Shown in pieces: positions 42,961 through 52,925 of a stretch of 64,000 nucleotides of DNA. Every line of letters begins with the position of its first letter. Within the stretch, counting starts at the first letter, position 1. The DNA comes from Deltaproteobacteria bacterium GWA2_38_16 (lineage in GTDB: Bacteria > Bdellovibrionota > JACOXK01 > 2-02-FULL-40-11): the NCBI GenBank assembly GCA_001797335.1, contig MGPE01000005.1:39929-103928 (forward strand). The letters run 5' to 3'. Position numbers and translations under genes: made by a program. The notes under the pieces are model-generated. The model saw only the letters and a list, made by a program, of their open reading frames with translations. It was not told where the DNA came from and did not search any database.

Positions 42961-42999
42961 GAGATTGCCACACCTCATTTCATTCGGCTCGCAATGACA
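42961..42999 (-). repeat. GTCAT-tagged palindromic repeat (long form)
   Basis: Reverse complement TGTCATTGCGAGCCGAATGAAATGAGGTGTGGCAATCTC. Confidence 0.8.
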
Positions 43000-43008
43000 G
43001 GTGCTTTA

Positions 43009-43761
43009 TCACCGAAGAAATAAGCTCAAGGCCTCAGTGAGAAACTGATTTATTTTAAAATGATTTTTAAGATAAAAATGCGCATGAGAATTATTCTTTT
43101 TTCCTATTCGTATTTTTAAAATTGAATGAGTAGGTAAACAAAAGACATCTTCATCGGTTTGATCATCCCCAACATAGATAGCGCGTTTCATTTTAAGTTG
43201 ATGCATGGCAATTTTTAATGAAGTTCCTTTATTGAATTTAGAAAAAGGTAATATATTGATCACTGATTTTCCAAAAACTATCTTGGGTGTTGGATATAAT
43301 TTTGAAAGATGACGTAGGAGTAAGGCCTTTGTGTTTACTTTCGCTCGTACATTACGATAGTGAATGGAGAGCGAATATTTTTTATCTTCTAATTCAATGC
43401 CTTGAATATCAGGCGTGATATTTAAAAGCTGTTTTTTCCATTTTTTACATATTTTATAAAAATTTATTTTTAATTTTTTTTCTAACTTTAGCCCTTCTAG
43501 ACCATGATTCCCAATAAACAGTGTAGGGGTAAAAGAGCACAGGGTTTTTAGATCAGTAATGCTTCTACCTGAAACAATAACAATGGGGGTGTATAGATAT
43601 AATGTTTCTAAAAGTTTTTGTGTTTTGAGAGGAAGTCTTGCTTCAGAAATTTTTGACGTTAAAGGAGTAAGGGTCCCATCATAATCAAAAGCAAATAGAG
43701 TTTGAGGATGGCAGTATGTTTTAAGTTTTTGAAGTCCTGCTTGAGTGAAAAAGGGCTTCAT
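43009..43761 (-). CDS. otsB: Trehalose-6-phosphate phosphatase
   Basis: AFDYDGTL, IVSGR, GNHGLE, EDKKYSLSIHYR, NKG, YVGDDQTDEDVF. Confidence 0.92.
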   Translation of the reverse strand: MKPFFTQAGLQKLKTYCHPQTLFAFDYDGTLTPLTSKISEARLPLKTQKLLETLYLYTPIVIVSGRSITDLKTLCSFTPTLFIGNHGLEGLKLEKKLKINFYKICKKWKKQLLNITPDIQGIELEDKKYSLSIHYRNVRAKVNTKALLLRHLSKLYPTPKIVFGKSVINILPFSKFNKGTSLKIAMHQLKMKRAIYVGDDQTDEDVFCLPTHSILKIRIGKKNNSHAHFYLKNHFKINQFLTEALSLFLR

Positions 43762-46018
43762 CAATATTGGCTTTCCAAAATTCTTTTTCTCCTCGGCGAA
43801 TAGCCATGGTGGCGAGCCTTTGTAAAATGCGATTCCGTTGACGAACGCGGGATGCATCAATAAGCATTCTACCGGCCCATCGAAATACGTTATATTCTTG
43901 TACGTACGATCTCATGCTACGCATTCTTTCTCTTTGTTCAAAAGGATGCATCGAAAGTGCTGCATGAAGCGCATCTGCTGACTCATCAATATCATAGGGA
44001 TTGACAATAATGGCCTCCGGAAGTTCTCGAGAAGCTCCTGTAAAGTGACTTAAAATAAGTACCCCTTGTTCGTCATTTCTGGCAGAAATAAATTCCTTTG
44101 CGACAAGGTTCATTCCATCATGAAGGGAGTTCACAAAACAAAGATCGCTCCCTCTATAATATTCAAAAATTTGGGAAGGTTCATGATGTTCTATTTTTAA
44201 GATAATAGGAGGGTTTTGAGAACTATTGAATTTTTTATTAATGCGTTCTGATGCTTTTTTGACATCTTCTTGAAGGTGGCGATAGGTTTCAATTCTAGAT
44301 CTGGAAGGAGCTGCAATTTGAATAAATGAAAATTTTCCAAGCCACTCGGGATGTTGCTCTAAAAGCCTTTCTACAGCTAAGAATCTTTCAATAATTCCTT
44401 TGGTATAATCTAAACGTTCAATACCTAAGCCCACTAAGGTTTTATTGGAAAGGCCATTGAGAGAGCGAATTTTATGACAGCATTCTTGAATAGGTTTTTG
44501 TAAATCTAACCAATGGGGAGGCCATTCAATAGAAATAGGATAGGCTTTAACTGCGGTCATTTTTTCTAAGAATGAAATAGTAGAGTGTTCCTTATCAATA
44601 CGACATTCCAGGAACCGGTCGATGGTTTCAATAAAGTTGTTACAATGAAACTGAATGTGAAAACCAACAATAGTACTTCCCAATAGCCCTTCTAAAATTT
44701 CTTCTTTCCAGGGACAAATGCCAAAAGCTTCTGGATTAGGCCATGGGATATGCCAAAAAGTAATAATGATTGCATCTGGGAGTTTATCTCGAATGAGCTT
44801 TGGCAGAAGAGCAAAATGGTAATCTTGAATTAAAATAATTGGGTCTTTGGATTTAACTTCTGACAATACAACTTCAGAAAATTTTTTATTTACACGCACA
44901 TATTGTTCCCAATCCTGAGAACGAAAAGTGGGGCGGGTATGAGCGATATGACATAAAGGCCAAAGACCCTCATTCGAAAATCCATAATAATATCCTTCTT
45001 CCTCTTCTTTTGTTAGCCACACACGTCGTAAGATATATTTAGGATCGTCTAGAGGAACTTTAAGATGATTCTTTTCATCCACAAACTCCCGATCAGCATT
45101 TCCATTTCCATGAGCAATCCAGGTGCCAGAGCATGTTTTCATCACAGGCTCTAATGCGGTTACCAAGCCACTGGCAGGATGTTGAACTTCAATATTTCCC
45201 TCTTTTGTGCGATTGTGAATATAGGGTTCTCGATTTGAAACAATGATGATTTCATCTCCTGAAAGTTCTTTATTTAAAATTTCTTTTAAAACTTTGGGTG
45301 TCCAACTGATTAAACTTTCGTCCCGAATGCGCTGATTGGTTTGAAGTTCTTTGATGAGAGCTCTTAAATCTTTTACCAAGGGCTTTACTTCTGAGGAAGT
45401 CATTTCAAAAGAAGGTTTAAAAATTCCTTCTCCTGTGAGAAGCGTTCTCATGGCTCCAATCCAGCCTCTCCAGCTCCATTGCGCAATCATAACGGTTAAA
45501 ATCGAAATAATAATTCCAAGGAGAATAAAAAATATACGCACATACCATTTGGTTTCTTGACTTCTTTTTTCAATAAAGCTCATGTCATGAATTAAAAAAA
45601 TATGTCCTAAGAGCCTATCTTTTACCATTAAAAGATTTTTAGTAATGTGAATATCCCCGCTTTTTAATTTCATTACCTTTGATGGTTTGATTTCAAATTC
45701 AGGATTAAGGCATTTAATTTCTTTTGGAAAAAGTTCCGTTTTATATTGAAGTATTCCGTCGCTGCTACAATAGCCTGCAGCCATAAGACGATCATCTAGA
45801 GTAATTTTTGTAAGTAAAGATACAATTTTTGATTTTTCTCCCAGGGCTAGTCGTCTTGCCAAAGAGTCGTGGACAGCATTAGAAATTAATTTTCCTCTCA
45901 GATCCAAGTCTCTTGTAAACCAATGAAAGGTAAGAGTATCCACCAGTGGAGTAATACTTAAAGCAATAAGAAATAAAACCACCAGCAATGGTACGATGAA
46001 TCGTAAGGACAATTTCAT
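43721..46018 (-). CDS. otsA: Trehalose-6-phosphate synthase with N-terminal TM-periplasmic-TM extension
   Basis: IVSNREP, ASGLVTAL, YYYGFSNEGLWPLCH, QDYH, FWHIPWP, RLDYTKG, DGMNLVAKE, LSHFTGA. Confidence 0.93.
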   Translation of the reverse strand: MKLSLRFIVPLLVVLFLIALSITPLVDTLTFHWFTRDLDLRGKLISNAVHDSLARRLALGEKSKIVSLLTKITLDDRLMAAGYCSSDGILQYKTELFPKEIKCLNPEFEIKPSKVMKLKSGDIHITKNLLMVKDRLLGHIFLIHDMSFIEKRSQETKWYVRIFFILLGIIISILTVMIAQWSWRGWIGAMRTLLTGEGIFKPSFEMTSSEVKPLVKDLRALIKELQTNQRIRDESLISWTPKVLKEILNKELSGDEIIIVSNREPYIHNRTKEGNIEVQHPASGLVTALEPVMKTCSGTWIAHGNGNADREFVDEKNHLKVPLDDPKYILRRVWLTKEEEEGYYYGFSNEGLWPLCHIAHTRPTFRSQDWEQYVRVNKKFSEVVLSEVKSKDPIILIQDYHFALLPKLIRDKLPDAIIITFWHIPWPNPEAFGICPWKEEILEGLLGSTIVGFHIQFHCNNFIETIDRFLECRIDKEHSTISFLEKMTAVKAYPISIEWPPHWLDLQKPIQECCHKIRSLNGLSNKTLVGLGIERLDYTKGIIERFLAVERLLEQHPEWLGKFSFIQIAAPSRSRIETYRHLQEDVKKASERINKKFNSSQNPPIILKIEHHEPSQIFEYYRGSDLCFVNSLHDGMNLVAKEFISARNDEQGVLILSHFTGASRELPEAIIVNPYDIDESADALHAALSMHPFEQRERMRSMRSYVQEYNVFRWAGRMLIDASRVRQRNRILQRLATMAIRRGEKEFWKANIDEALFHSSRTSKT

Positions 46019-46071
46019 ATCATTATCATTCTATATAGATGATCTAAGATGGGGCAAGGCAAATTTTCAAA

Positions 46072-46944
46072 TTAAAAGAGAAAATATAGAAGCCCTGCCA
46101 GAGCAAAAGAAATAACGGCAAGCGTTCTCAATTCTCCATTATCGTAGCAGCGCTTTAAAGAAAAGGGCCAGGATTGAAAATGACTATCCCGAAAGGGAGT
46201 GAGGTGAGGAATAAATTTTGGGACATGAGACATATAGTATAAAAAGGGATTTCCAAAATGTTCTTTTAAGGATTCTTCTTCTTTTTGAACCGTATCTTGA
46301 TAAATCAAAAAAAAGAGTAAAAGTAGGGGAATAAAAAGCCAATAGGTTTGTCCCAAAATTAAAAATCCAACTCCAATACTAAAACTTCCTATATATAACG
46401 GATTTCGGGTAAAAGCATAAGGACCAGAAATGGTCAACTCTTTGGTTTTAATAATAGTTCCTGCTGCCCAGAGTCTAATCAATTCTCCTAAAATAATAAA
46501 AAGAATGCCAATGGCTAAAGATGTGGGTGTAGCCTTAAAAAGCCATAAATACAAAAGCGCCAAAGGCCAGGCAATAAAAAGCCTTAGTTTTTTAGGATTT
46601 TTAGAAGAAACATAGACTTTGAGCCAAACAGAAAGAGGATGAATCCGAATAGAGTCTGAAATATGATGGGAAGTGTTTGGATATATTTCTGAAACCGCGT
46701 TTTTTAATCCATTCATTCCGTCAGAAGTAATACATTTTATGTCAGATTCTTTGATGCCTGTTTTTTTAAGATCGGCTAAAAATAATTTCCAGTCTCGTTC
46801 ATTTTCATGTGAAGGAAGCATGTAATGGATAAGTTTTTTAGAACCGTTACTATTTACACCATAAGCAACTAAAATGGCTCTCGTTTTTTTCCAAAAAATA
46901 GGGTGATGAAGAAGGAGCCCGTCTAGAATAATTTCAGAGTACAT
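46072..46944 (-). CDS. IS256-transposase-fragment fused to isoprenylcysteine/phospholipid methyltransferase-like membrane domain
   Basis: N-term: IILDG..AILVAYGV..G..W..FL..L..GI..ITSDG..GLKNAV..YP. C-term: GELIRLWAAG..K..LTISGPYAFTRNPLYIGS..EE..L..FG..Y..VPKFIP. Confidence 0.8.
   Translation of the reverse strand: MYSEIILDGLLLHHPIFWKKTRAILVAYGVNSNGSKKLIHYMLPSHENERDWKLFLADLKKTGIKESDIKCITSDGMNGLKNAVSEIYPNTSHHISDSIRIHPLSVWLKVYVSSKNPKKLRLFIAWPLALLYLWLFKATPTSLAIGILFIILGELIRLWAAGTIIKTKELTISGPYAFTRNPLYIGSFSIGVGFLILGQTYWLFIPLLLLFFLIYQDTVQKEEESLKEHFGNPFLYYMSHVPKFIPHLTPFRDSHFQSWPFSLKRCYDNGELRTLAVISFALAGLLYFLF
46073..46123 (+). repeat. Right direct repeat of cassette
   Basis: Matches 40919-40969 (perfect core 46079-46119). 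Confidence 0.93.
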
Positions 46945-46951
46945 GGGTGGG

Positions 46952-47278
46952 TTAAGCTTTAAGAATTTTTCCGAGCTTTAAAGCTAAGCCTAAATCCCCT
47001 TTGACTTTAAGTTTTCCGGTCATGAAAGCAAGTTGAGGATTTAGGGTTCCTTGAACAAGATTTACTAAGTCTTTATCTGCCATGGTAATGGTACAGTGGG
47101 GATTATCGGTAGATCCAGATTTCACTTCACTTTTTTGATCGGTACAATCAATTGACCAGGTGCCTCCCTCAATACCGGTAATATTAAATAAATAAATGGC
47201 ATTAATTTCTTTTCCGAGATCTGGATTTTCTTGAAACCGACGAGCAATTTTTTCTTCAAAAATGATTTTTGGATTCAT
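46952..47278 (-). CDS. SCP2 sterol/lipid-binding domain protein
   Basis: YLFNITG..GGTWSID, LNPQLAFMTGKLKVKGDLGLALKL. Confidence 0.92.
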   Translation of the reverse strand: MNPKIIFEEKIARRFQENPDLGKEINAIYLFNITGIEGGTWSIDCTDQKSEVKSGSTDNPHCTITMADKDLVNLVQGTLNPQLAFMTGKLKVKGDLGLALKLGKILKA

Positions 47279-47295
47279 GAGTGTAAGGCCTCCTC

Positions 47296-49089
47296 TTATT
47301 CGTACATGGATTGGAGAACATCTTTATATTTTTCGCTGCAATATTTTCGTTTTACCTTTAGAGAGGGAGTCAATTCTCCTGTTTCAATGGTAAAGTCATT
47401 TTTTAAGATTTTAAATTTTTTAATGGTTTCAAAACTGGGAAGGTTTTTATTGGTTTCAGAAATAACGGTAGAAATGAGTGTTTCAACTTTAGGGTGGTGG
47501 TAGAGTTCATTTTTTAAAGAGGGCAGATGTTCATGTTGGGCAAATTTTACCATTTCTTCATCATTTAACGTGATGAGAGCGGTTAAATAATTTTTTTTGT
47601 CTCCATACACCATGGCTTGGCTAATATAGCGATTGGTTTTTAAAAGGTTTTCAATTTTTTGAGGAGCTACATTTTTTCCGCCCGATGTTACAATAATATC
47701 TTTTTTGCGGTCGGTGATTTTAAGATGGCCCTTTTCATTGATATAGCCAATATCTCCGGTGCAAAACCAACCCTCTTTAAACACTTCCTGGGTGGCTTCG
47801 GGATTTTTATAATATTCTTTAAAAATTTTAGAACTTTTTACCAGGATTTCTCCATCTGGGGCGATTTTAAGTTGAACTTCTCCTAAAACGGGACCGACAG
47901 TTCCAAATTCATAATCTGTGTCTTTATTCACACAGATAGCCGCTGTGGTTTCGGTTAACCCGTAGCCTTCTAAAATCAAAAATCCAGCAGTATGGAAAAA
48001 TTCTGCAATTTCCCGACTGAGAGGAGCTCCTCCTGAAACAAAATAACGGATGCGACCACCAAATTTTTGTTTTAATTTTTGAAAAACAAGCTTTGTGGCT
48101 AACGCGTATTTTAGAGAAAGAAGGGGGGTAAGGCTTTGTCCGCCTTGTAATCTTTGACTGACTTCTTTTCCGACATTCATGCTCCAAAAAAAGATTTTCT
48201 TTTTTAACGAAGATCCATCGGCCACTTGAGAAAGGATTTTATTATATACTTTTTCATAAATTCGAGGGACGGCAAACATAAAAGTGGGGCGAATTTCGGA
48301 CAAATTATCGACAAGTTGTGGGATGCCTTCTGCAAACGCATGTGTCCACCCAAAAGCCAATCCACAGTAGAGTTCTACTCGAGCAAAAATGTGAGCAAAC
48401 GGTAAAAAACTTAAAATCATGTCTTTTTCTGTGAGAGAGAGGGTGTTGACAATATCAGAGAGCTCCGAAATAAAATTAGCATGTGTTAAGACGACCCCTT
48501 TTGGGACGCCGGTGGTCCCCGACGTATAGACAATGGTTACAGGATCTTGGGGGTTTGATTTTTGAAGGAGCTCATCAAATTTTTGTGGATTTTGAGTTTT
48601 ATGATGAATCCCTTTTTGACAAAATTCTTCTAAAGGAAGAGCGGGAGCCAATTCTTTGGGATCTTTATTGTGTCTAAAAATAACAATGGTTTTTAAGTGG
48701 GGGAGATTTTTTTGAACGGATAGCACTTTTTCAAGTTGGAGTTCATTTTCGACAAAAATAGCTTTGGCTTGAGAATTTTGTAAAATATATTCTACTTCAG
48801 AAGTAATGTTGGATTGATAAATAGGAACCGTGATGGCTCCAGCGCTTAAAATAGCTAAATCACAAAAGGCCCATTCCGCCGAGGATTGTGAAAGAAGTGC
48901 TACTCTATCTCCTCGTTCAACGCCACTCTCGATTAAGGCAAAACAAATTTCTTGAACGAAATTATAATATTCTTGGAAGGTGATGTCTTCCCAGGTACTA
49001 TTCACTTTTCGTTTAAATGCAATATGGCCAGCACTTTGTGCGATGCGATTTCGAAATGTGCTCGTCAATGTGTGAGAAATGACTGTCAT
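47296..49089 (-). CDS. Long-chain fatty acid--CoA ligase
   Basis: IVYTSGTTGVPKG, SGGAPL, EGYGLTET, GWFCTGDIG, ITDRKKD, ELTPSLKVKR. Confidence 0.93.
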   Translation of the reverse strand: MTVISHTLTSTFRNRIAQSAGHIAFKRKVNSTWEDITFQEYYNFVQEICFALIESGVERGDRVALLSQSSAEWAFCDLAILSAGAITVPIYQSNITSEVEYILQNSQAKAIFVENELQLEKVLSVQKNLPHLKTIVIFRHNKDPKELAPALPLEEFCQKGIHHKTQNPQKFDELLQKSNPQDPVTIVYTSGTTGVPKGVVLTHANFISELSDIVNTLSLTEKDMILSFLPFAHIFARVELYCGLAFGWTHAFAEGIPQLVDNLSEIRPTFMFAVPRIYEKVYNKILSQVADGSSLKKKIFFWSMNVGKEVSQRLQGGQSLTPLLSLKYALATKLVFQKLKQKFGGRIRYFVSGGAPLSREIAEFFHTAGFLILEGYGLTETTAAICVNKDTDYEFGTVGPVLGEVQLKIAPDGEILVKSSKIFKEYYKNPEATQEVFKEGWFCTGDIGYINEKGHLKITDRKKDIIVTSGGKNVAPQKIENLLKTNRYISQAMVYGDKKNYLTALITLNDEEMVKFAQHEHLPSLKNELYHHPKVETLISTVISETNKNLPSFETIKKFKILKNDFTIETGELTPSLKVKRKYCSEKYKDVLQSMYE

Positions 49090-49107
49090 AAAGATGTAGG
49101 AAAGAGG

Positions 49108-50805
49108 TTATGGGACAGGGTGAAAAACCAATTCTGTTTCATCCACCAGTTTAACTTCATCGACTTCAATATTAATATCCTTTTCCGCGGTCAAGTTTAA
49201 TTCGGTATTGACGGCACGAATCGTATGTTTTCCGGCGGTAATTTCAAATTTTAAAATGGGCGTTGTGCCAATTTTAGTACCATCAACATAAATATCGCTA
49301 TTGGGTACGGTTTTAATATTCAGGAATCCACTCCCAATAGCAACTAAAATTTTATTAATGTTATGGGTGGGGGTTGTCAAGGATATATTTTCTTCCACGT
49401 CTTGGTAACCTGCTTTTTTAAGCAGTATTTTTAATTCTTGATGTTGAGGAAGGTGAGGAATAGCCAAAGGGGTTTGCCCAAAGAGCTTTTCATCAATATG
49501 CACATCTGCATTTTGGGGGTCCGTATCAATTCTTAAAACTGATGTTTGAGTAACGGGAGTGGGTTTAGATTGTTGAGGGATTTCAGATTGAATCATTCGA
49601 GTGGGATTTTGATTTAAAAATAAAAGAAGAAGGCTCAAGGTAACTACGGCTAATCCTAAAACACCAATTTGTAGCCAGACTTTGTGGGTATAGGGTTCTT
49701 GAGGCAGAGGCATTTCTTCTTCAACCTTTTCTTTATCTGCCTTCCATTGGACATCGGTTCTTGTAGATTCTTTCACTTCCGAAACTTTTGTTTTTTCTGG
49801 AGTAACTTCTAGGACTTTCTTTTCTATTTCTGGAGGTTTGGCTACCTCAATCATCGTTTTTTTATGTTCTAAAATTTCTAAGGCAAATAAAGAACGAACA
49901 AAAGAAGCCACATGACTCGATGTAAAATCGGGATTTAAAGTGTGAAGGAATTTTGAAAGATCCCGGTGAAATTGATGAGCTGTTTGATAGCGTTTATTGG
50001 GATCTTTGGACAGTGCTTTTAAAACAATTTCTTCTAATTCAAAAGGAATGTCTGGATTGAACAAGCTGGGAGCAGGAATTTTAGCTTCTTGAATTTTTTT
50101 AAGGGTGGCCAAATCATTATTGCTTGCAAAAAGCCGTTGATGGGTGAGCATTTCAAAAAGAATAATGCCGGTTGAGAAAATATCGGTTCGTTGGTCAATG
50201 GGGGTGCCACTGGCCTGTTCTGGAGACATGTAGCCAAATTTTCCTTTTAAAACTCCGGATTTTGTTTTTCCATCTTGGCTTCGGGTTTTAGCAATGCCAA
50301 AATCAATAAGCTTTACTTCACCCTCGTAAGAAAGAAGAATATTTTGAGGACTAATATCTCGGTGAACAATTTGAAGGGCTTCTCTTTCCCTCTTATCTCG
50401 GAATCGATGGGCGTAATCTAATCCCTCACAAATTTTATTGACGATATAGACAACATGTTCAAGAGGAAGAATGCGTTTGATTTCTTCGGCACGAGCCAAG
50501 ATTTGGCGCAGATTTTTTCCGTCCACAAATTCCATGGAGAGATAATAGTTTTGATCGATTTCACCAAATTCATAAATTTGGACAATGTTGCCATGAGTGA
50601 GTTGGCTTGTGACCTTGGCCTCATCAATAAACATAGAAATAAATTCTTGGTTGGAGCTTAAATTGGGAAGAATGCGCTTTAAGGCAACAATTTTTTCAAA
50701 GCCTCCTGGGCCAACGGTCTGGGCCATAAAGATTTCAGCCATCCCGCCAGTGGCAATCTTATCCAGAAGGAGAAATTTCCCAAATTTTGTGGGTTGGAAA
50801 GCCAT
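49108..50805 (-). CDS. Hanks-type Ser/Thr kinase with TM and PEGA domains
   Basis: IATGGMAEIF, ALKR, HRDISPQN, DFGIAK, YMSPEQ; TM helix; PEGA motifs (DPQNADVHID..GQTP; IYVDG..GTTP). Confidence 0.93.
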   Translation of the reverse strand: MAFQPTKFGKFLLLDKIATGGMAEIFMAQTVGPGGFEKIVALKRILPNLSSNQEFISMFIDEAKVTSQLTHGNIVQIYEFGEIDQNYYLSMEFVDGKNLRQILARAEEIKRILPLEHVVYIVNKICEGLDYAHRFRDKREREALQIVHRDISPQNILLSYEGEVKLIDFGIAKTRSQDGKTKSGVLKGKFGYMSPEQASGTPIDQRTDIFSTGIILFEMLTHQRLFASNNDLATLKKIQEAKIPAPSLFNPDIPFELEEIVLKALSKDPNKRYQTAHQFHRDLSKFLHTLNPDFTSSHVASFVRSLFALEILEHKKTMIEVAKPPEIEKKVLEVTPEKTKVSEVKESTRTDVQWKADKEKVEEEMPLPQEPYTHKVWLQIGVLGLAVVTLSLLLLFLNQNPTRMIQSEIPQQSKPTPVTQTSVLRIDTDPQNADVHIDEKLFGQTPLAIPHLPQHQELKILLKKAGYQDVEENISLTTPTHNINKILVAIGSGFLNIKTVPNSDIYVDGTKIGTTPILKFEITAGKHTIRAVNTELNLTAEKDINIEVDEVKLVDETELVFHPVP

Positions 50806-50899
50806 GAAGTGAACGATACCCCCCTTAAGTTCTTATTATACCATAAGTTTTTAAATATAGTTATTTACTTGCCGTTAAGGAGTGGGTAAACTATTTCCC

Positions 50900-51508
50900 A
50901 TGGCAAAAGGGGCCAAGGTATATGGGCTAACTGGTGGAATTTCCACGGGAAAATCTACTGTCTGTGCTTATTTTAAAGAGCTAGGAGTGGCTGTGATTGA
51001 TGCTGACCATATTTCTCGGGATATCTGTCAACCCGGAAAAGCTGCTTTTTACAAAATTCGAGAAGTATTTGGAGAAACCGTATTGACCCCAGAGGGGAAA
51101 CTAGATCGTGAAAAATTAGCTCAAATTGTTTTTTCAGATGCAGTAAAGCGAAAACAGTTAGAAGCCATCACGCATCCTTTGATTATGGAAGCGATTCGGC
51201 ATCAGATTGAAACTTTGGTTAAAGAAGGGAAAAAAAATATTCTGGTAGAAGCAGCTCTCATTTTTGAGGCTGGTTATGAGAAAGATTTTGATGGGGTGAT
51301 AGTAGTCACCTGTACGCCAGAACAACAACTTAAAAGATGTATGCAAAAAAGACGCATTTCAATGACAGAAGCCAAAAAGTGGATCCAGACTCAATTATCT
51401 TTAGAAGAAAAAGAAAAAAGGGCTATGGTTGTGATTGATAATTCTCAAACTCCAAAACAAACGCAGGAAAAAGTTAAAGAACTTTTACAAAAACTCTCAT
51501 GGCGCTGA
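50900..51508 (+). CDS. coaE: Dephospho-CoA kinase
   Basis: GLTGGISTGKST, IDAD, LDREKL, LEAITHP, VIDN. Confidence 0.95.
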   Translation: MAKGAKVYGLTGGISTGKSTVCAYFKELGVAVIDADHISRDICQPGKAAFYKIREVFGETVLTPEGKLDREKLAQIVFSDAVKRKQLEAITHPLIMEAIRHQIETLVKEGKKNILVEAALIFEAGYEKDFDGVIVVTCTPEQQLKRCMQKRRISMTEAKKWIQTQLSLEEKEKRAMVVIDNSQTPKQTQEKVKELLQKLSWR

Positions 51509-52176
51509 CCAAACTTTTAAAAGCAGATTTTCACATGCACACAAAAGATGATCCCCAGGATAAAAAATTTGTGCGCCATTCTGCAGAAGCCCTGATTGAT
51601 CATGCAGCAAAATTGGGATTTGAAGTGCTCTCCATTACAAATCACAATAAAATTACCTATAGTCCTTATTTAAGAGAATATGCTGCGGTAAGAGGGATTT
51701 TACTATTGCCAGGAGTGGAAGTTACCGTTGAAAAAAAGCATATTTTACTGATTAATTATTTGGGGCCTTTGGGATTTAAAAAAATAGAGGATTTAAAAAA
51801 TATTCATACCCCTCAAGTATTAATTATTGCGGCTCATCCTTTTTTTCCGGCTTCGACCACACTTAAACAAAAACTTATTGACCATATTGATGTCTTTGAT
51901 GCTGTTGAGTACTGTCATTTTTATTTAAACTGGATTAATTTTAATCGAAAAGCGGTTCGGATTTCGAAGCAATACGAGAAGCCTTTGGTGGGGACATCGG
52001 ATGCACATACCTTAGCGCAGATGAATCATACGTATACGATGGTAGAGGCAGGGAAGACGTCTTCAGCGGTAGTGGAGGCCATTAAAAAAGGGAAGATAAA
52101 GCTTGTGACGCACGCTCTTCCCTTAAGAGTAATGTACTCAGTATTCCATATGTTTGGAACATCTATCTTTCGATAA
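51499..52176 (+). CDS. PHP domain phosphoesterase
   Basis: DFHMHT, ITNHN, PGVE, AAHP, SDAH. Confidence 0.88.
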   Translation: MALTKLLKADFHMHTKDDPQDKKFVRHSAEALIDHAAKLGFEVLSITNHNKITYSPYLREYAAVRGILLLPGVEVTVEKKHILLINYLGPLGFKKIEDLKNIHTPQVLIIAAHPFFPASTTLKQKLIDHIDVFDAVEYCHFYLNWINFNRKAVRISKQYEKPLVGTSDAHTLAQMNHTYTMVEAGKTSSAVVEAIKKGKIKLVTHALPLRVMYSVFHMFGTSIFR

Positions 52177-52188
52177 TTGGCGCTAAGT

Positions 52189-52881
52189 TTATTTCTTTTT
52201 CCCTCCTTTTTCTTCTTTGTTATCTTTTTTATCTTTATCAGTATCTTTATTATCGTTGTTATTGCCTCCTCCATTATTACCATTGTTATTATTATTACCA
52301 CCGCCATTATTGTTATTATTACCACCGCCATTGTTAGAGGCTGAGGCTACAGTTCGTCCTTTTTTCAAACCTTCTTCTTTATTAAAGGACAGCTTTGAGG
52401 AGTCTTTAGTTAATTTGTCTTCGAAGAAAATAGAAGCCATTTTATCTTTATTGCTTCCCTCATTAAATTTCTGATTTTGGTCTTTGCCCTTCTGGGTATC
52501 TTTAAAATCTTCTTTTTCTGTCATCCCCATCATCTGATGTTCAATTGCTTTTGCAATTTCATGGTTCATTTTAGACATCATTTCTTTTTCAATATTTCCT
52601 TTAAACTCCATGTTAGAGGTCACTTCAGGCATACGAATATTTTCTCCACGACGTTCATGAGTCGCCGTCATGGCTCGTTCTATGGTTGCATGTGCCATGT
52701 TCATGGCATTACGTTCCATAGATAGACTTGGACCTTCTGCCATTCCAGCAGCATGCTCGGCGCGTTCGATGATGGATGCACCAATGTCTTGAGCTTGTGC
52801 AGACATATTCAGAAAACTTGCAAGTCCTATGCACAAACCTACGCTTCCCCATCGCACACATATTCTGCGAAGTAGTTTCAT
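52189..52881 (-). CDS. Secreted low-complexity protein (Met-rich, NNGGGNNNN repeats)
   Basis: AGGAG RBS, signal peptide, Met/Glu/Lys-rich, Asn/Gly tandem repeats. Confidence 0.65.
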   Translation of the reverse strand: MKLLRRICVRWGSVGLCIGLASFLNMSAQAQDIGASIIERAEHAAGMAEGPSLSMERNAMNMAHATIERAMTATHERRGENIRMPEVTSNMEFKGNIEKEMMSKMNHEIAKAIEHQMMGMTEKEDFKDTQKGKDQNQKFNEGSNKDKMASIFFEDKLTKDSSKLSFNKEEGLKKGRTVASASNNGGGNNNNNGGGNNNNNGNNGGGNNNDNKDTDKDKKDNKEEKGGKKK

Positions 52882-52925
52882 ACACGTCTCCTTAATTTCT
52901 ATTTTACGCCTACTAGAAGAGAGTG

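Noticed and set aside
46660-46944. Intact IS256 element
   Set aside because: Only ~93 aa of the transposase; no terminal inverted repeats or short target duplication found.
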